Assembly (NCBI GenBank): GCA_024704765.1
Contig: JAKMXF010000022.1
Location: 926,898 to 990,897, forward strand
Direction: 5' to 3'
Source: Oopsacas minuta
Taxonomy: Eukaryota > Animalia > Porifera
Length of the DNA: 64,000 bases
The notes beneath the pieces were generated by a model. It had not been told where the DNA came from. It worked only from the letters and a program-made list of their open reading frames with translations, and did not search any database. Positions within the stretch are counted from its first letter, which is position 1. Each line of letters starts with the position of its first letter. The position numbers were made by a program, and so were the translations under genes. Positions 1 through 11,712 of the stretch are shown in pieces.

Positions 1-124
1 ATTTGGCTCAAAATTCTCTGGATAGCAAAACTTCCAAGTACGAAATGTTAAGTACTTTTTATAGTCTAATTTCTTATCCAATCCATAATTCGTTTTCTAT
101 AGATTGAATTATCAATTATGAATA

Positions 125-265
125 CATTAGATCCTGCATAAATCGATACTCGTTGTGTCGGTTTATTCAGTTAATTAGTATTATCGGAAGCTATTTCTGA
201 GCAGAAACACTGTCAGATTGAGGTCTTCCGGATTATACAGGTGTCGGCTTAAGCAGGTTCCACTG
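125..265. mobile_element. Tc1/mariner-type MITE, CAGTGGAACC family (left end degenerate)
   Basis: Right end GGTTCCACTG followed by TA. The internal sequence (tcggaagctatttc, gtgtcggctta) is shared with copies at 28558-28695 and 28969-29144. Confidence 0.7.
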
Positions 266-608
266 TATGTATGTATCATGTAGATACTTATAATTGAATG
301 CAATTCTCACAATTCTCAGGAACCTAACCCCCTCCAATGGCGAGGGCTGCCTGTCCATATCCCCATTCTCCCTACAACCTCTTGTTGAGAGAATCTCTGC
401 AGAAACTAGACTGATACGGGATGACTACCCATAATTCTCTCCACTGCTTTCGCTTTTGTAGAGAAAACTTGTTATTGATGAGAGTGAGGCTCTTTTCGTA
501 TTTATTAACCAAGTAACTGGAAAAATATTCATATTTAATTGTAGATGAATATATAGCGTCTGACATTATGAGTTTACTTATTTTTTGAGGTAAAATAGCT
601 GTCACAAT

Positions 609-792
609 CAGGGTTTCATCCAGGTGTATGCAACGCGCCTACAGGCGCATGAATTTCAGCGAATATAGATCTAGGCGCGTCAAAATTCGAGCAAGACCCA
701 ATACCGTAATACTATATGTATACTCTAGGCGCGCATAAAAATGAGGGGGAAAGTTTTAGGCTTATGGTTCAGAATTGCTGCATGAAACCCTG
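609..792. mobile_element. hAT-type MITE (184 bp)
   Basis: 11-bp perfect TIR CAGGGTTTCAT/ATGAAACCCTG, exact 8-bp TSD GTCACAAT (601-608, 793-800), and internal AGGCGC repeats. Confidence 0.92.
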
Positions 793-1604
793 GTCACAAT
801 CATTGCTATAAAACTACCCAAACTATGTCCGACCAGAATAGCTTGCTCCCAAGATAGATACTTCAGTACTTCAATAATTGTAGATATAATACTGAAAAAT
901 TGGTAAGGGTTTTTCTCAGAGTAGTGATCGGATAATCCGTGTCCTAGAGTCATTTCTTGAGGAAAATATATGATTAGTGGGTCGAAGCTAGCTGCATTGT
1001 CTAGGTGGCCATGAATCATTAATACTCCAGAGTGTTCGGTTGTGTGTGAGCATTGAGAAATCCAGAGTTTACCAGCCAAAAGTACCTGATGAAATGGGAA
1101 TTTCACTTTGTAACTATGATTCATCTTACTTGTAGGAACCTTATATGAAAAATTATAGTATTAAAACTCCAGTACGTTGTATCTCAAATATGACCAAGGT
1201 CCTAAATCTTTTTTTCAGTGAGAGTACACTCTGACCTACATTTTAGCTTTTTAGAGGATATAAAACGGACAAATAGTTTTTGAGATATGGCCATGCTAAG
1301 TGGTTTAGGAGATATCAATGCCATACACATATATGTATATATATATACTGTCGTATAAATCATTAAAATGACAAATATTTGAGATCTTTGAACTGTGCTG
1401 AAGTGATGTAATCCATTCAGAAAAGTGAAAATTTTGTCAAGATTCTACACGTTACCTTTGTTGCTATCTTTGTTTATTTTATAATTTTACTAAAACTAGT
1501 CTCTACCCACCAATTTATATTTACATTATCTGTATTGCAAATGGAATAGTAATTTTATATACAAAAAAACATTTTAACTTTGTTAAATTGGATCCCACTA
1601 TACT

Positions 1605-1780
1605 CAGTGGCGGCGATAGCCCGCCACTCCTGATGGGGCTAAAAATGGTTGTGTTTATCTTTATGGGGCTGACCTAGCTTGCATTTCGGATACGTAGTAA
1701 TGATCTTAACGAAGTTTGTCAAATTTATCCTAAGTGATGGGACTGAGAGAATCTTTGATGGGGCGTTAGCGCCGCCACTG
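1605..1780. mobile_element. hAT-type MITE (176 bp)
   Basis: TIR CAGTGGCGGCG/CGCCGCCACTG with 8-bp flanks ACTATACT and ACTTTACT (7/8 match). Confidence 0.8.
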
Positions 1781-2208
1781 ACTTTACTCTTTTCGCCAGT
1801 TAAATGTATCCAAAGTTCAGTTACAGGAATCTGTATTTATGATTTATTCCATGGTTCGAATCTTAACCCCTTTCATTATCACATTCACCTTTTACAATAC
1901 AAATTAATTGAAGCCACACCAGTTCAAATAAGTTCTCCTATAACATGTCAAACCCTATCCTGCCATATGAACGAGTCCTCAAAAGTGTACAGTATGCGCT
2001 GCCACTATTCATCTATTAACTTCTTTGTCAGAGCATATTGCTTTTGATAGTTTGTTTTATATTTTAAAAGTTTCCTCAGAAATTATTCATTTCACGAATC
2101 CCTACTTTTCCAATATTCTATGTTAGAAGTTATAAAAGTTATTTAGTTTGCTTTTTTCAAAAAATTTCTATTTCTATTTCTACTCAAACATATTTCCAAC
2201 CTCTTAGC

Positions 2209-3980
2209 ATGGATCTTTCTTGTCAACTAAACAACTCGACATACTCAGTGAAATTACTACTGCTTGAAATTATCACAGGAATAATGTGTGTGCTCTCCAT
2301 TACTGGCTGTCTTTGTATTATAATATCATTCTGCCTGTACAAAGAGCTCCGCACTCGTGCTAGATTAATCGTAGTCCTGCTGGCATTCTCAGTGCTCTGC
2401 TACACCACAGCTAATCTGGTGGGAATAGGAGTGACACACCTGCAGAAGAAGGCTGAAATCTATAACAACTCCATATTGAGCACAGCTGTGAATAATTCAA
2501 ACGTTCTAGACACGATGTGTAAAGTGCAGGCTGGGCTAGCAGTGTTCTTCTATATTGCATCTATCTTCTGGACTTATTGCATTGCTTTCTACATTCTAAT
2601 GTCTGTATTACAGAGCAAGATAATGAGTCAAATTACTTTTTACTTTTTCTTCATCATCTCCTGGCTGGTGCCTAGTGTTATAATTGCATATCTAATTGTA
2701 TATGATTATCTGGGCTATTCGTGTATCTCTGTAGAGAAGAACAGTACAATTGGTGCTGAGGTAGATGTCTCCTCTATTTGGTGCACTATCGCATATGCTA
2801 AAGTCCTGAACAGGGATAGCAGGATTTTGATTAACGTATTGGCTTTTGATGTATGGCTATTCATGGGCTACCTTATACTACCAATCATATTCATTCTAGT
2901 CAAGATAGCAATGAAGAAACAGGTCAGTTAACTTCTCTATTTCTGAATTTTCCTTATTTAGATTTGTTTAAGAGCTTGTGCATATTAATTTGTTAAGATT
3001 TTTATTCAGGCATCCAGACTATCCACACTATATGAACAATGTCTCAAATCATCTCGAGAGATTGATGTAAAACTGTTGTTGATTCCACTCGCGTTTATTC
3101 TCATAAATGTCTGGTCTACTGTGAGAGATATTCTCTTCTTCCTACAACACAAGAATGATTACTACTGGCTAGTGGTCCTACAGGTATTACTTATTATTTG
3201 CCAACTGTTATACCAAATATACTGAGCGTCATGTCCCGCTCCGCATAAACGCCCCCAAAGTTTTTGGGAGGTCAAACTAATGCAGTCAATATCCGGTAAC
3301 TCGAACATTCGTTATCTCGAACGAATATTCACTCCCCTTCGTTGTACTTTTATTAGTATTTATAACATCCGTTATCTCCAACATTCGATTTTTGAACATA
3401 TTTATCAGGGTTCGAGTTGCCGGATGTTAAATTTATAGAATATTAATTGACAATTAATTTTTGAATAATCTTGATATTTTTTATTGCATTTTGAAAAGAT
3501 CACAAAAACTGTATAAGCGGTGAAATTTCAGCTCTTAATCATTTGAAAAAGTGTCACGAGGAAAATTGGGACCTTCAATGGAGGCCCTCCGTTAACTCGA
3601 ACGGATTTTGACTTACCTTGAGGTTCGAGTTGCCAGATGTTGACTATCTAAAAACTTCAAATTTTCACTTGCTTGATATAAAATGTTGAATTCATTTCTA
3701 AAGTGTAGTCACAAATATGATTCATAATTAGTCTCTAGAAATACAAATAGATTTATCAAATCTTTCACTGTAGAGCGTAGGAGACTGTTCCCAAGGACTG
3801 GTTATATTTGTAATTTACTTTCTTATGACAAGATATGTCAGACAAGCAATGCGTAAGAAGTGTTGTTCCTGCAGAAAGGAATCGAATGGTTACAAAACTA
3901 TAAAAGCATCTCCAATTAGACAGAAATGGTGGAAAATATCTAAATCTCATGTTTTGAAAGAAGTTAGTACTGTAAACTGA
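2209..3980 (+). CDS. GPR157-like (cAMP-receptor-like) 7TM GPCR; exons 2209-2922, 3010-3183, 3774-3980; about 364 aa
   Basis: The hydrophobic helix pattern and motifs (CKVQAGLAVFFYIASIFWT, ISWLVP, DVKLLLIPLAFILINVWSTVR, SVGDCSQG) resemble GPR157. GT-AG introns keep the frame through to TGA at 3978-3980. Confidence 0.8.
3283..3646. mobile_element. Tc1/pogo-like MITE in GPCR intron 2
   Basis: About 24-bp imperfect TIR (CAGTCAATATCCGGTAACTCGAAC vs GTTCGAGTTGCCAGATGTTGACTA), with an extra internal TIR-like end near 3410-3430. Confidence 0.65.
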
Positions 3981-4957
3981 AGTTAGAGACTCAAAAGAGA
4001 TTTTCATGTCACTTTCAGCATGTCTTTTTAATTTATGTAAATTTATTGATCACTTCATGGCATTTCTTTGTGTTGTTGTTGTTATATCAAACTATATTAT
4101 TATTATGTATAGATGTACATGTCAGTCCTCCTATCTACTATTAGTCACTTTGAAACATTTTTGTGTATATAATGTTTATCTTATTGTGTAAATACAGAGA
4201 AGCAAGCTTTCTTCTCTGACTTTTGTAAAATATTATTTGTGTGATAATGTGTCTGGTAATAGCATGATGGTTTATGGTTATTTGACTTAATTCTTGGAAT
4301 TTCAGAGAGGTTTTTGTATCCTCCCAAGAAACAATAGGATCTTGGGAAGAAATTATTAATTACTAGAGTGGGGCATCAGCACCCAATATTTTCCTCTTTG
4401 CTTTCCAGTAATGGCAAAGTGCAAATTCCCACTCCAATAACTCGAGTACTGCCTCAAAATGACGTAGACCCACACCCAACGGATCTTGGACCCTGGTGTC
4501 GGCGCTTGAAATGTGTGTGCCGTTGTTGGTACTCTAGCCGCTTCCTTAAAGTAAGAGAATTTTCGTAAATGTTTCTATTTTTGTATTCTGATACAACTTT
4601 TATTACTCTACCGACTATTAGGCAATTGTTAATAAATGATTAACTTGTTTCAGCTCCATATGACAATCATCTGAGTGTGTATACGGGCGGTATTTATATC
4701 ATAATGACGATATTTCATCCCTTTTCCAAATTTCGTTCATAAATCCCTTTGTTCTTAAATTGATATTAAACATATATACCGGTATAAATATAATCATAGA
4801 TATTTGCTTAATTGTCCAGCATAAATAACCTCGATTATCTACTTCTTCAAATATCCGAATATGACCGGTCCAATAATTGAGATTCCACCTGTAACAATCA
4901 TTGCTATTCAAAATTATAGCTTATATTTGTATATTTATTTAACTCGCCAACATTTCA

Positions 4958-6268
4958 ATGCACTGCATCCGTTTCCAATGCAACAAACTTATCCTTATTA
5001 GCTACACTCATTCGAAACCATTACAGCATTACTCCAATTCTTCTCAACACAACAACATACATAACAATGTGACGATATCGTTACTAGACAGGGAGTACCC
5101 AGTAGACAACTTAACTACCATTACACCCACAATACTTAGTAAAGTAGATAGACACTTACATAATCAATATCAGCATCCTATTGAGATTATAAAGCGTAGG
5201 ATTGTTTCGTATTTCTCACACAAGTGGGTAGATTCTAATGGCGATCCTTTGTTCAAATCTTTTGATAATTTCTCTCCAGTTGTTTCTTTGGAGCAGAATT
5301 TTGATAGTCTTCGTGTCCCTCTGGATCATGTGACTCGTTCAAAGAGTGATAACTACTACATCAATAATCAGTTTATGTTGAGGGCTCATACTTCTGCTCA
5401 TCAGCGAGATACCATAGCCCTTGGACACTCGCAGTTTTTAGTAACAGGTGACGTGTATCGTCGTGATGAGATTGACACGAAACATTACCCCGTGTTCCAC
5501 CAAATGGAGGGGGTGGAGTTATTCACGAATGAAGAGTTATTTGGAAATGAACAAGGAAGTTTATTTGATCCTTTGAAGGAAGAGACCGAGGAGAAACAAG
5601 CTGAACACTCTCTAGAAACTGTACTAGCTATTGAGAAGAATCTTAAATATAAACTAGAAAGTTTAATGCAGCATCTCTTCGGTAACAATCTACAGATGAG
5701 ATGGTCTGGAACTTACTTCCCTTTCACCCACCCTTCCTACGAGCTGGAGATCTATTGGAACGATAAATGGCTAGAGGTATTAGGATCTGGAGTTATGCGA
5801 CAACATATATTAGTAGCAGGAGGAAAGGGTAGTAAAGCTGGTTATGCTTTTGGATTAGGGTTGGAACGATTAGCTATGATTCTATTTGGTATTCCTGATA
5901 TACGATTGTTTTGGAGTAAAGATAGGCGGTTTATCGATCAATTTATTAATTTACAAGAAAATAGTTCTCTTAATTACAAACCATTCTCGTTACAACCTCC
6001 TGCTATGCGTGATATGTCATTTTGGATTAATAATGGGGAATTTGAAATGAATGATTTCCATGAGATAGTACGTGATGAAGGTGAGGAATGGATTGAGAAC
6101 GTTGAGCTTTTGGATGAGTACCAAAGTCCAGAGACAAGAAGAAAGAGTTTATGTTTTAGAATAACATACAGATGTATGGAACGTACATTATTAGGTGAGG
6201 AAATACAGGAATTACATACCAGGATAACAGATAGGTTACAGAAAGAAATGTCTGTTTCTATCAGGTAG
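4958..6268 (+). CDS. FARS2: Mitochondrial phenylalanyl-tRNA synthetase (intronless)
   Basis: 436 aa with LRAHTSAHQ, VYRRDEIDTKHYPVFHQMEG, YFPFTHPSYELE and AFGLGLERLAM, plus a C-terminal anticodon-binding domain. Confidence 0.97.
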   Translation: MHCIRFQCNKLILISYTHSKPLQHYSNSSQHNNIHNNVTISLLDREYPVDNLTTITPTILSKVDRHLHNQYQHPIEIIKRRIVSYFSHKWVDSNGDPLFKSFDNFSPVVSLEQNFDSLRVPLDHVTRSKSDNYYINNQFMLRAHTSAHQRDTIALGHSQFLVTGDVYRRDEIDTKHYPVFHQMEGVELFTNEELFGNEQGSLFDPLKEETEEKQAEHSLETVLAIEKNLKYKLESLMQHLFGNNLQMRWSGTYFPFTHPSYELEIYWNDKWLEVLGSGVMRQHILVAGGKGSKAGYAFGLGLERLAMILFGIPDIRLFWSKDRRFIDQFINLQENSSLNYKPFSLQPPAMRDMSFWINNGEFEMNDFHEIVRDEGEEWIENVELLDEYQSPETRRKSLCFRITYRCMERTLLGEEIQELHTRITDRLQKEMSVSIR

Positions 6269-6558
6269 GAATAGTAAATAGGTAATGCGAAATGGATAAT
6301 ATCATTTAATAATTCACTCGTTTTTGTGCCGCAGGGTATATTTATAAACTATGGTATTGCTTAGCTACACATGTACACATATAAAAGTGATTACACAAAT
6401 CGTAACATGGTTACTGGTGGATACCGAAATTGTTCATGACAATTGGTTATTTGGGTTTTTCCTCGGGTTGATATTGAGTATAGTGTTGCTAGATCATAAG
6501 ATAATAGATTTTGGCTTTGACATGAAAATGTGTACTTACCAACCCTTTGAAATAATAA

Positions 6559-6870
6559 CGAGCGCGCTTCGCTTGCTCGTGCTGCGCGGCTTGTGAATAC
6601 CTTGTGTTCGTTTAGAACCCTGCACTCCGTTCCTCGAAAGTGCTATATTCGGGCTCAGCTTACTCGATTGCCTCTGTAATCAGTATAACAGTTGAAACCA
6701 AGTTTCTAAGACTAATTCAAAGTTGTTTGCTTTATATACATAAACAACAACAACAACAACAACAAATATTCACAATTTCTTGTTGTCAAATCATATTTAG
6801 AATCATTGTACTCGACCACCCCAGTATATACTTACGTACAACCGTTGAAACAAAGTTTCTGGGGCTATCT
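6559..6870 (-). mobile_element. Putative non-autonomous Helitron (3' end clear, 5' limit uncertain)
   Basis: The minus strand ends in a GCGAAGC hairpin followed by CTCG|T. The terminal ~45 bp are shared with 50137-50185, and there is an internal (CAA)7 tract. Confidence 0.5.
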
Positions 6871-7285
6871 ATAAATTTCTTTACTTAATCCGAAAATATT
6901 TTACAACATCATGGTTTTGTGAAATTCAACTTCAGACAACAATTGCGATTAATGAATGGGAAATTTTCGAAAATCCCTACGAATAGATTTAATCGATTTC
7001 CGGAAAATTCCCTGGAATTCAAAGATTTTCATCCATAAACAGCAATCTCAGGCTATTATTTGGAAAGAATATGAACATACATTTGCAAATATTCCCTGTA
7101 CGTATTTCTTGTAAAATCCCAGTCCCAGTCTCTAAGTTGCCATTGGAGCAATACAAAATTAGTAGACCGATAAAACTGCTATTTCACAAATTGAATTCTG
7201 GCAAATGACCTGCGTTTACGAATATTAATTTGTTCTTCGAATAATATTGACTATACGTAGGAAATATAAATTAGTTAATTTGATA

Positions 7286-8305
7286 ATGGCAAGTTTAAAC
7301 TCTGAAGATAACTCAGATGAAAAGCTATCTGACATTTTCTCAGAAGCTCTCAAATGTCAAGAAACGATTGATAACACAGATTTAGCCTCAGCTAGTCTTG
7401 AATATCAAAATAAAGTACACGAGGGAATAGATTTGTTGATAAAGGCTACTAAAATGGTAAATATACTCTCACTATTCTCAGTGAATGAAGATTTGGAGGA
7501 AACTCCAACAGCTGATCTCAAATACTTATTGTTACCAGCTCTACTTGGCAGTCTCACATGCCAGCTAAACTCTAAAGATAGAAAACAAGATTTGGAGAGA
7601 GCAGTTATTTATTATAACGACTTCTTACGTAGAGCTAGGGATTATTCTATTACTTGTACCATGTATAATACAACAGGCGAGGCAGTAGTGGATGGTAGGG
7701 TTAGCAAAGAATTGGCTGATGCGGAAGCTACACGAGCTGATAAGATTGCCAGATTTAAAGCTAAGAAATCTCTAGAATTGAGACTCAAGGAATTAAACAA
7801 GAATAAACACGTAGATGAAGCTACGTTGAGAGAATATACTATAACTACTATTCGTTTATGGATCACACGCTGTGTTGATGAATTAGAAGCTACGAAAAGA
7901 GAATTAGAAATGTTAGAATACATGGAAGGTAGGGAACAAGAGGACCCCCCGGTTGTACTCCCTTCTGCTCCTACTAAACCCATTCTCATAACACGAGATA
8001 TGATACAGAATAAAGTGTTCGGAGCCGGTTATCCCAGTCTACCCACCATGACAGTGGAGGAGTGGCACGAGAAGAGAATAAGAGATGGTGTCATACCTCC
8101 AGAACAGATACATGTGCAGGAGAGAGATATGAGTAAATGGGTGGGGAAGGGACCTAGTAAACAGATAGAAGAAGTACCGGAAGGAGACGGAGGAAACAGG
8201 TCTGATGAAAATGAAGAAGAGGCCCAAAGGAAAAAGGATATTTTATTTGATGAGTTCAAAGATGTTAATAAGAAAGGTAGTGGAAATAGAAAGAATAGGT
8301 CATAG
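7286..8305 (+). CDS. IGBP1: Immunoglobulin-binding protein 1 / alpha4 / TAP42 (intronless, 339 aa from ATG 7286)
   Basis: LFSVNEDLEETPTADLKYLLLPALLG, RADKIARFK, VFGAGYPSLPTMTVEEW and C-terminal FDEFKD...GSGNR are TAP42-family motifs. Confidence 0.93.
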   Translation: MASLNSEDNSDEKLSDIFSEALKCQETIDNTDLASASLEYQNKVHEGIDLLIKATKMVNILSLFSVNEDLEETPTADLKYLLLPALLGSLTCQLNSKDRKQDLERAVIYYNDFLRRARDYSITCTMYNTTGEAVVDGRVSKELADAEATRADKIARFKAKKSLELRLKELNKNKHVDEATLREYTITTIRLWITRCVDELEATKRELEMLEYMEGREQEDPPVVLPSAPTKPILITRDMIQNKVFGAGYPSLPTMTVEEWHEKRIRDGVIPPEQIHVQERDMSKWVGKGPSKQIEEVPEGDGGNRSDENEEEAQRKKDILFDEFKDVNKKGSGNRKNRS

Positions 8306-8609
8306 AATTGATCTTTCTATTCCTGAATTTAAATTATATTATATTAAATTTATAATATCAATGGCATGGCTTATACACTGTTTACTTGTTGTTCTCAGCT
8401 ACAGGCTTAGAAAACTGTTATCTCCAATTTGTGTATTTTCAAAAGAGTTGCTCATATATTGTAATTATACATATTAGCATTTCTTACGATGGACGAAGTC
8501 TTCGAAAATATTCCCATAGCATGGAAATACGACAATTAAGTGTATGTACATTTGTATACAACAGTTTGTATCCGAGAAAAGGTAAACTAATGTCTGACAT
8601 CAGTCAAAC

Positions 8610-9488
8610 CAGGGTTGGCTAGTTTTACCCAGCCCCCGGTTTAAACCCCATTTAGTGGGTTAAACCCTATTTTATGGTCAAAACTGGTTATTTCACTGTG
8701 ATAAACCTCAATTAATTGGGTAAACTACCTGAACTGTGTTTGAGACTCTAATTTAGGATTGCCAGACTATAATTATATTAATCAAACTATAGGAGTATAT
8801 TTCACCTTTTTGGAAACTCAATTTTAATACAGTGGAACCCGGAAATACGGTCCCCCACGAGACCGAGAAAAATGGCCGTAATTGTGAAACTTTTTGAAAG
8901 AAACCATATTCTATTAATATTTACGATACTATAATAATTATAACATGCTAATACGTTTGAGATCCAGCTCATTGCGTTTGCTCGATGCCATTAATAATGT
9001 ATGAATTACTGTCTCATTAATCTGCTTTGCATTTATATGTATACACTCCAATGTATTGTTATTTAATTTTCCAGAAATTGTTTTCGTTTTCAAACATCCA
9101 ATAGTGATTCCTATTGTTAAGATTGGCCGTAATTCTGAGGTTAAAATAGGGTTTCGTTCTAAAAGTATGGCCGTAATTCGGAATAGCGGAGTAGCCGGAA
9201 TTCTGAAATAAATTAATGTTAATGTCTATAGTATATTAAACGGGACTTTAAACAGTGGCCGGTATATCGAGGTGGCCGCTATTCTGGGGTGGCCGTTAAG
9301 CGGGGTTCCACTGTATTATTTAATGTATATATTTATTTGGAATTAATGCTATAATTCATACTAAATAACGTGTGGTTATAAGTCAATTGTACGATTACAG
9401 ATCTTAATTTATGAAGACTTTGAATATTTACTGTGTTTACAATTTAACTCGGCTAAACCTATTTAACCCGGGTTAAACTCCAATCATG
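8610..9488. mobile_element. hAT-type non-autonomous element hosting a nested MITE
   Basis: Exact 8-bp TSD AGTCAAAC (8602-8609, 9489-9496), imperfect TIR (CAGGGTTGG vs CATGATTGG on the reverse strand), and AAACCC/GGGTTAAA subterminal repeats. Confidence 0.8.
8830..9313. mobile_element. Tc1/mariner-type MITE (CAGTGGAACCC TIR, TA TSD)
   Basis: TA|CAGTGGAACCC...GGGTTCCACTG|TA with repeated internal GGCCG(TAATT) motifs. Confidence 0.85.
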
Positions 9489-10743
9489 AGTCAAACACCC
9501 CTAAGTAGTCTCAAATCACCACATACAACATCTAGGGTGGCTCTCAAGACTCATCTGAAAAAAATCTAATTCTGTACACTAGTTTATCCCTCTACATAGC
9601 ATATTTGTTATTTCAGTTCATTTAAGGTGAAATTCCATTCCATTATACAATTCTGTAATTCGTAGTTTTAAGTTAACAATAAACTACTCTGACTGTATTT
9701 GTTTGCGATTTCTCATAAAATACTAAATTCCAACATCTAATCTGTATACATGTATTCTTGACATAGGTAAGTTTAATAATCTGATAATTATTTGTAGAGA
9801 TGATATTAGTAGGTAATATTACATACAATCTGGATATGTGAAATTCTTGTGATGATTGTGTCATATGTGATATTGTGTCAGCTAGCATAATAAGGTCTAG
9901 ACGATTCGTGGGGGTGTATTACATTACATTACGTACGTACATACTGTACTATTGTTTGTGACTGGTGCTTAATAGATTTAGTCATATATCCTTTGATTAA
10001 TAATTCGTAAAGCATTATTCCTATATACGGTTGATTCTGCTTAATTCAGAGGGTAGCTTGACATTGACCCAATTAACAGTAAAGATTTTAGGTTATTTCA
10101 ATGGCAGATAGATCCATTCCTCAGCAAATAACAAACACGAGTAACTGATTATGCATTTATGCTGAACGAATGTGTTATTTAATTCTTGAGTTATACCTGT
10201 AATTAATAAAAAATTACGCTTTCACTGTATCACCGTTAGAGTAATTAATATATCTGACTATTAGGGTCTGAAAATTCCTCAAAATACTTAAATAAATACA
10301 CATACCATAAAGCTGACTAATAGCATATGCAAATGAGATCTTACACTTTTAGAGATATCATGAAGTTGAATCAAATTATCTTCTCCTACGCTAATAAATA
10401 GCATATTAACAGTTTCACGTCTATGCTATTTCAGAACTGCCTATTCAACATAGACACACCCTCCAGATGCTTACTATTTCATTGGTCACCACCGTCACGT
10501 AGGACCATTTGTAGTGTCGTGTCTATCCTACTAACTAGCATACCTTGTTCTAAATACCATATTTGCCACAAATCACTAAAATCCATTGTACGTCTACATA
10601 TATTACTAAGTTAGTTCAATACTTCTTGTTATCAAAAATATATACCTGTAGCTTTCTTGCAGTATTGAGAGTTACAGTTGATACGAATTCTGTTTAGCAC
10701 TAATTAATGATCAGAGTTGGTAGAATTCCCTGTAACTATGTTA

Positions 10744-10900
10744 GGGGCCGTTCAAACGTTACGTAATGCAAAATACCCTAAATTATGATACCCCTCCTTG
10801 TGTCGCGCTTAGTATCCGTTTGTAATACAATAAGAATGGGGCTATCATACTTCGCACACTACCCCCTCCTTTTAACGTTACGTAACGTTTGAACGGCCCC
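10744..10900. mobile_element. PIF/Harbinger (Tourist-like) MITE, 157 bp
   Basis: 23-bp perfect TIR GGGGCCGTTCAAACGTTACGTAA with a 3-bp TSD TTA on both sides. Confidence 0.9.
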
Positions 10901-11675
10901 TTATAACAGCGCTGATAACAACAAAATATCTAAATTCCCCTCTTGAACTTCATATATACATACTTGGTAAAAATTAATCTATATTTAAGGCTAAAAGAAA
11001 GATAAATAATTGTTGAGAATTACAGCATGTTTTCCAACTTAATTCTATCAAGAAATTTATTATTCACTCCATTATCCTGAACTACATAAATATCATTTTT
11101 TAAATATATTTGATTAACAAATTTTGTTTTCCTATAACCGCAGAAATGATCGTTTATTCCGACTGGTTATTGGTAAGTAGGTTAAAATGGCGTATTGTTC
11201 TTGTTGATAAGAGTGTTGCAATACATCGACTTAAATAGGTTTGCAATTCATCGACAAATTCTTTACAATTGGCATGTTCCTCAGATAGGTATAGAATGAT
11301 AGAACCTAAGGTGATGTATGCGCTAACAACCAAGCTGTAAAAACTCAAAGATATTTACCGGCTGTGGTTTGATAAATATTGAAAATATTCTAAAAACCAA
11401 AATAATGAATCTCCTATGAAAGAAGACAATACCATACTCTCTCTTCCTGATTTCAACTCTCAACCACTTCCTCAAGTTGCTCCTGCGGGTCTGCAGCTGA
11501 GGGAGAATTGGAGCTACCAGTTTCTTTGCTCATTCAAATGTCCCCCTACCCAACACGGATATCTACTAACAAGCACTAGAAGCCCCTGCATGATTTTGGT
11601 AGTAATATGCTAATAATTCCTAATTTCTGGTAACTCAATACTTTCTTTAACTAGAGTCTAATCTACTCCAATCTG

Positions 11676-11712
11676 CTAGTGATTAGAGAGTCGTCGCTTC
11701 GCTACCCAGCTG
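11676..11712 (-). mobile_element. Helitron-like 3' terminus
   Basis: The minus strand reads TAGCGAAGCGACGACTCTCTAATCA-CTAG, the same layout as 50568-50600. The flanking base is C rather than the canonical T. Confidence 0.45.

Larger units (their letters stand above)
1..1124 (-). pseudogene. Serine hydrolase-like (SERHL-type alpha/beta hydrolase) pseudogene
   Basis: ORF 762-1124 has HGHLDNAASFD, GHGLSDH and the nucleophile motif GHSLG. Removing the 609-792 insertion plus one TSD joins it in frame to ORF 372-605 (MIV-TAILPQKISKLIMSD). Further hydrolase-like segments lie in shifted frames (KAVERIM, SLVSAEILSTRG), and residues before GHG appear deleted. The 3' limit is uncertain. Confidence 0.75.

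Noticed and set aside
1853-1862. GGTTCGAATC resembling a tRNA T-loop / B-box
   Set aside because: No cloverleaf or A-box upstream. No tRNA, rRNA or snRNA gene could be supported anywhere in the window.
1679-2047. 122-aa ORF upstream of the GPCR
   Set aside because: It has a non-ATG start, runs across the hAT MITE end, and shows no protein motif.
4300-4590. Minus-strand frame with two in-frame TGA codons (selenoprotein or mitochondrial-code insert)
   Set aside because: No recognisable selenoprotein or mitochondrial protein motif and no SECIS were seen. It is most likely chance or pseudogene decay.
6640-6888. 82-aa ORF with a polyQ run
   Set aside because: The polyQ is the (CAA)7 tract within a Helitron-like repeat.
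9600-11640. Short ORFs and exon-like pieces, including 11154-11348 with a channel-like hydrophobic helix
   Set aside because: A phase-consistent gene could not be assembled and no family motif was found.
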